64,000 nt of DNA from Betaproteobacteria bacterium. GTDB taxonomy: Bacteria; Pseudomonadota; Gammaproteobacteria; Burkholderiales; Eutrophovitaceae. Below, in pieces: positions 61,755 through 64,000 of this stretch. Both the position numbers and the translations under genes were made by a program. Within the stretch, counting starts at the first letter, position 1. Every line of letters begins with the position of its first letter. Below the pieces are notes generated by a model, which was given only the letters and a program-made list of their open reading frames with translations, was not told where the DNA came from and did not search any database. The stretch covers positions 844,528 through 908,527 of the forward strand of contig CP070775.1 in assembly GCA_020346185.1 (NCBI GenBank), in the 5' to 3' direction.

Positions 61755-62021
61755 TGTTCTCGGGGCCGGTATCCGGGCTCGCGAGTCTTGATGCGTCGCC
61801 TTCCCACGGCGCAGGCCGACAGTGCCTGCCACTCGCAGTGGCCGGAGATCCGGATAGGTGGGCAGATCCCCTCAATGACGCACCCGCACTCACTTACCGT
61901 TGCGGGGGCAGCACAGGACTAAGCGACAAGCAACCGCACCAAATTGGTGCGAAACTTGCCACTGTCACCTGATTTCCCGTTTAACCCTGGAAATTCATGG
62001 TTTCCAGAGCACCTCGGAACG
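61755..62021 (-). promoter_or_regulatory. Cobalamin (B12) riboswitch
   Basis: The minus strand contains, in order, AACGGGAAATCAGGTGA (61982-61965), GCTGCCCCCGCAACGGTAAG (61912-61893), GCCACTG (61842-61836), GGGAAGGCG (61805-61797) and B12 box AGCCCGGATACCGGCC (61779-61764). Order and spacing match the class. Confidence 0.75.
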
Positions 62022-62027
62022 TCGCAG

Positions 62028-62055
62028 ATTGTACATCGGTGACGAGTTTTGAAAA
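62028..62055 (-). promoter_or_regulatory. Candidate sigma70 promoter of the riboswitch-receptor transcript
   Basis: On the minus strand, TTTTCA (62055-62050) and TACAAT (62033-62028) are separated by 16 nt. This places a transcription start near 62021, just before the first riboswitch hairpin. Confidence 0.3.
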
Positions 62056-62122
62056 CAGGCACTAAAGTCGCATGGCTCGGCATTAAAGATGCTAAACAAC
62101 ATTCAATAGATTCTGTTAGCGG

Positions 62123-62150
62123 TTGACTTTCCAGACTTTTTCAATATAGT
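62123..62150 (+). promoter_or_regulatory. Near-consensus sigma70 promoter immediately upstream of the TIGR02449/zapA genes
   Basis: TTGACT (62123-62128) and TATAGT (62145-62150) are separated by 16 nt. The ATG at 62157 is the 7th nucleotide after the -10 element. Confidence 0.45.
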
Positions 62151-62156
62151 GGCCTC

Positions 62157-62357
62157 ATGGAAGCTGAGATCAACAGCCTCGACGACAAAGTTCAACAGTT
62201 GGCTCTGATGTGCCAGCGATTGCGTAATGACAATTCACAGCTGCGGCAGCAACTGGCGACGGCACGCAATGAAAACCAGCATCTGAGCGAGAAAATCAAC
62301 GCTGCCACCGGCCGCCTTGAAACACTTCTCGAAAAGATTGCGGACGAGCCGAAATGA
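62157..62357 (+). CDS. TIGR02449 family coiled-coil protein (ZapA-associated)
   Basis: 66-aa all-helical ORF (LDDKVQQLALMCQRLRNDNSQLRQQL...). It overlaps the zapA start by 4 nt. This small gene precedes zapA-ssrS in many proteobacteria. Confidence 0.6.
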   Translation: MEAEINSLDDKVQQLALMCQRLRNDNSQLRQQLATARNENQHLSEKINAATGRLETLLEKIADEPK

Positions 62358-62662
62358 GCAGGGAAGCGGCCGGCATGGATGTCACGATACTGGGCCGACA
62401 ATTCCGGGTTGCCTGTACCGAAGAGGAAAAACAGGACCTGCTCAAGGCCGTCTCCTATCTGGACGGAAAAATGCGCGAGATTCGCGACGGCGGCAAAGTC
62501 ATCGGCGTCGAGCGCATTGCCATCATGGCAGCTTTGAACATGGCCCACGAGCTGATGTCAGTACGTGTTGATGGCGTTGACCTTGGCGAGGTGCGGCGTA
62601 GAATGAGCGAGATGCGGACGATGATCGATGAGGTCCTCTCCGCCCAGGATGAACTGTTCTGA
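62354..62662 (+). CDS. zapA: Cell division protein ZapA
   Basis: 102-aa ORF. VTILGRQFRVACTEEEKQDLLKAVSYLDGKMREIRD...ERIAIMAALNMAHEL fits ZapA. Confidence 0.85.
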   Translation: MSREAAGMDVTILGRQFRVACTEEEKQDLLKAVSYLDGKMREIRDGGKVIGVERIAIMAALNMAHELMSVRVDGVDLGEVRRRMSEMRTMIDEVLSAQDELF

Positions 62663-62685
62663 ACGGCAGTTCTTCCGTGATCACA

Positions 62686-62868
62686 TGTCCCCTGCGGTGT
62701 GCGTTTAGGCTGTAGTTTTTCTGAACCAACGTAATCACTCCAGGTCGCCGACTCTAGTAACGCTATTGTGCGCGTTCAATCGGAACGCACCTGCGGCGTT
62801 CGGGAGGCGGCCGCTCTTGAACCAGTCGGTTCAGGATATCGGCCTGACGGCATACGCGGGGGGCTCCC
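62686..62868 (+). ncRNA. ssrS: 6S RNA
   Basis: It occupies the conserved position after zapA. The 5' arm CCCCTGCGGTGTGCGTTTAGGCTG pairs with the 3' arm CGGCCTGACGGCATACGCGGGGGG to form the closing helix. The 3'-side hairpin CTTGAACCagtcGGTTCAGG resembles E. coli CCUUGAACCaaggGUUCAAGG. An internal stem GCGTTCaatcgGAACGC is present. Total length is about 183 nt and the ends are approximate. Confidence 0.7.
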
Positions 62869-62910
62869 TATCAATGGAAGATGCCAAAAGCGAAACCGGT
62901 ATTCTCCAGC

Positions 62911-62933
62911 AAAGCGGCTATGCCGCTTTTTTT
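62911..62933 (+). terminator. Rho-independent terminator downstream of ssrS
   Basis: Stem AAAGCGGC and GCCGCTTT flank loop TAT. The stem runs into a T7 tract (62927-62933). Confidence 0.65.
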
Positions 62934-62950
62934 GTCTGTCTTGAGGACCG

Positions 62951-63412
62951 ATGCAATACTGGCTGATGAAATCCGAGCCCGACGCATTCAGCGTCGATGA
63001 TCTTGCGGCGCAGCCGAAAAAGACCGAGCCTTGGGATGGCATACGCAATTACCAGGCACGTAACTTCATGCGCGATAAAATGAAACGCGGCGACCTGGCG
63101 TTCCTCTACCACTCGAGCTGCCCACAGCCTGGCATCGCGGGCATCATCAAGATCTCCAAAACGGCATATCCAGACGAAACGCAATTTGACAAAAGCAGCA
63201 AGTATTTCGATCCCAAGGCAACACGCGACGAGCCGCGATGGTTCAACGTCGATGTCACTCTGGTGAAAAAGACTCGCCTGATTGGGATTAAGCAGCTGCG
63301 CTCGCATTCAGAGCTGGCATCGATGCAGATCCTCCGACGTGGCAACCGCTTGTCGATTACACCCGTGAGCGAGGCCGAGTGGCAATTCGTCATGTCACTT
63401 GTCGATTCCTAG
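62951..63412 (+). CDS. EVE domain protein (PUA-like fold)
   Basis: 153-aa ORF. MQYWLMKSEPDAFSVDDL...WDGIRNYQARNFMRDKMKRGDLAFLYHS is the typical EVE N-terminus. Confidence 0.8.
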   Translation: MQYWLMKSEPDAFSVDDLAAQPKKTEPWDGIRNYQARNFMRDKMKRGDLAFLYHSSCPQPGIAGIIKISKTAYPDETQFDKSSKYFDPKATRDEPRWFNVDVTLVKKTRLIGIKQLRSHSELASMQILRRGNRLSITPVSEAEWQFVMSLVDS

Positions 63413-63421
63413 GCGCGAAAC

Positions 63422-64000
63422 TTGGAGTGGTGGACCGCCTATCTGCTGCTGGGCCTGTTTGTCGGCCTGTTTGCCGGCATGTTGGGCATCGGCGGTGGGA
63501 TGCTGTTGGTGCCACTGCTGGTGTTCATGTTTTCCGCTCAGGATTTTCCCGCTGGGCGGACATTGCATCTCGCGCTCGGTACTTCGCTCACGACGATCGT
63601 CTTCACTTCGCTGTCGAGCATTCGTGCGCATCATATGCGCGGCGCTGTACGCTGGGACATCGTGCGGGGCGCGGCCGCCGGCCTTGTGTTAGGCACCGTT
63701 TTTGGCGCATTTCTCGCGGACTGGCTCGATGCCCGCTTGCTGGCAGTCGTATTCGTCATTTTTGTTTCCTATTCAGCGACACAGATGCTGCTCGATGTGA
63801 AACCCAAACCGACCAGGCGACTGCCTGGCACGGCCGGAATGGCTGCCGGATCCGGAATTATTGGAGTAATTTCCAGCCTGGTCGGCGCCGGCGGCGGCGT
63901 AGTCAGCATTCCACTGATGATAATGTGCAACGTCGAGATGCGAAACGCAGTTGGAACTTCCGCAGCGCTCGGGTTCCCGATCGCGCTCGCCGGCGCGTTA
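63422..64000 (+). CDS. TSUP (TauE/SafE) family anion permease; the 3' end lies beyond the window
   Basis: Absent from the ORF track because it is truncated. Manual translation from TTG 63422 gives LEWWTAYLLLGLFVGLFAGMLGIGGGMLLVPLLVFMF...LGTSLTT...AGGGVVSIPLMI. The two GxGGG repeats are typical of TSUP. The start codon is uncertain, because the frame is closed upstream by the EVE gene's TAG. Confidence 0.7.
   Translation, partial: MEWWTAYLLLGLFVGLFAGMLGIGGGMLLVPLLVFMFSAQDFPAGRTLHLALGTSLTTIVFTSLSSIRAHHMRGAVRWDIVRGAAAGLVLGTVFGAFLADWLDARLLAVVFVIFVSYSATQMLLDVKPKPTRRLPGTAGMAAGSGIIGVISSLVGAGGGVVSIPLMIMCNVEMRNAVGTSAALGFPIALAGAL

Overview
This 64-kb window looks like a chromosomal segment of a moderately GC-rich proteobacterium. 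The gene order (mreB divergent from gatCAB, a DUF3683 fusion dehydrogenase, metX-metW, lptE-leuS, zapA-ssrS) suggests a beta- or gammaproteobacterial backbone, but that is inference only.

**Housekeeping backbone (about three quarters of the window).**
- DUF971-ubiE-ubiJ, phoB-phoR, a HIT protein and a 1292-aa DUF3683/FAD/Fe-S dehydrogenase.
- tRNA-Arg(CCG), cytochrome c5, apaH, an acyltransferase and a PfkB kinase.
- The cell-shape operon mreBCD-mrdA-rodA-rlpA, then gatCAB, pyrE, xthA, ampG, metXW, lptE-leuS, an orphan phosphoribulokinase, uvrD, thrB, a LOG-family protein and polA.
- After the accessory stretch: a SorA-like sulfite dehydrogenase with a diheme cytochrome, msbA, a TonB-dependent receptor, the TIGR02449 protein, zapA, an EVE-domain protein and a TSUP permease.

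**Accessory stretch (about 41.7-55.4 kb, between polA and the sorA-like pair).** It carries peripheral enzymes:
- cupin, LigI-like amidohydrolase and an MBL hydrolase;
- a Tat-signal Rossmann protein, a TauD dioxygenase and an epoxide-hydrolase-like protein;
- DUF3179, a SAM methyltransferase, DUF2235 and DUF2817.

It also holds three decayed loci: a DsbA/HCCA-isomerase remnant, a frameshifted GFA gene and a collapsed TRAP transporter locus. A 300-bp MITE-like element with 24-bp terminal inverted repeats sits in it as well.

**RNA and regulatory elements found by direct reading.**
- a cobalamin riboswitch ahead of the TonB-dependent receptor;
- a 6S RNA (ssrS) after zapA, followed by a strong intrinsic terminator;
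- a promoter placed so that the TIGR02449-zapA transcript would be leaderless;
- a candidate Pho box ahead of phoB.

**Not found.** I saw no CRISPR array, integrase, transposase, prophage or recognised defence system. I cannot demonstrate a new multi-gene system here. The best leads are the uncharacterised DUF2817-DUF2235-methyltransferase-DUF3179-hydrolase-TauD run, the Tat-exported Rossmann protein and the MITE-like element.
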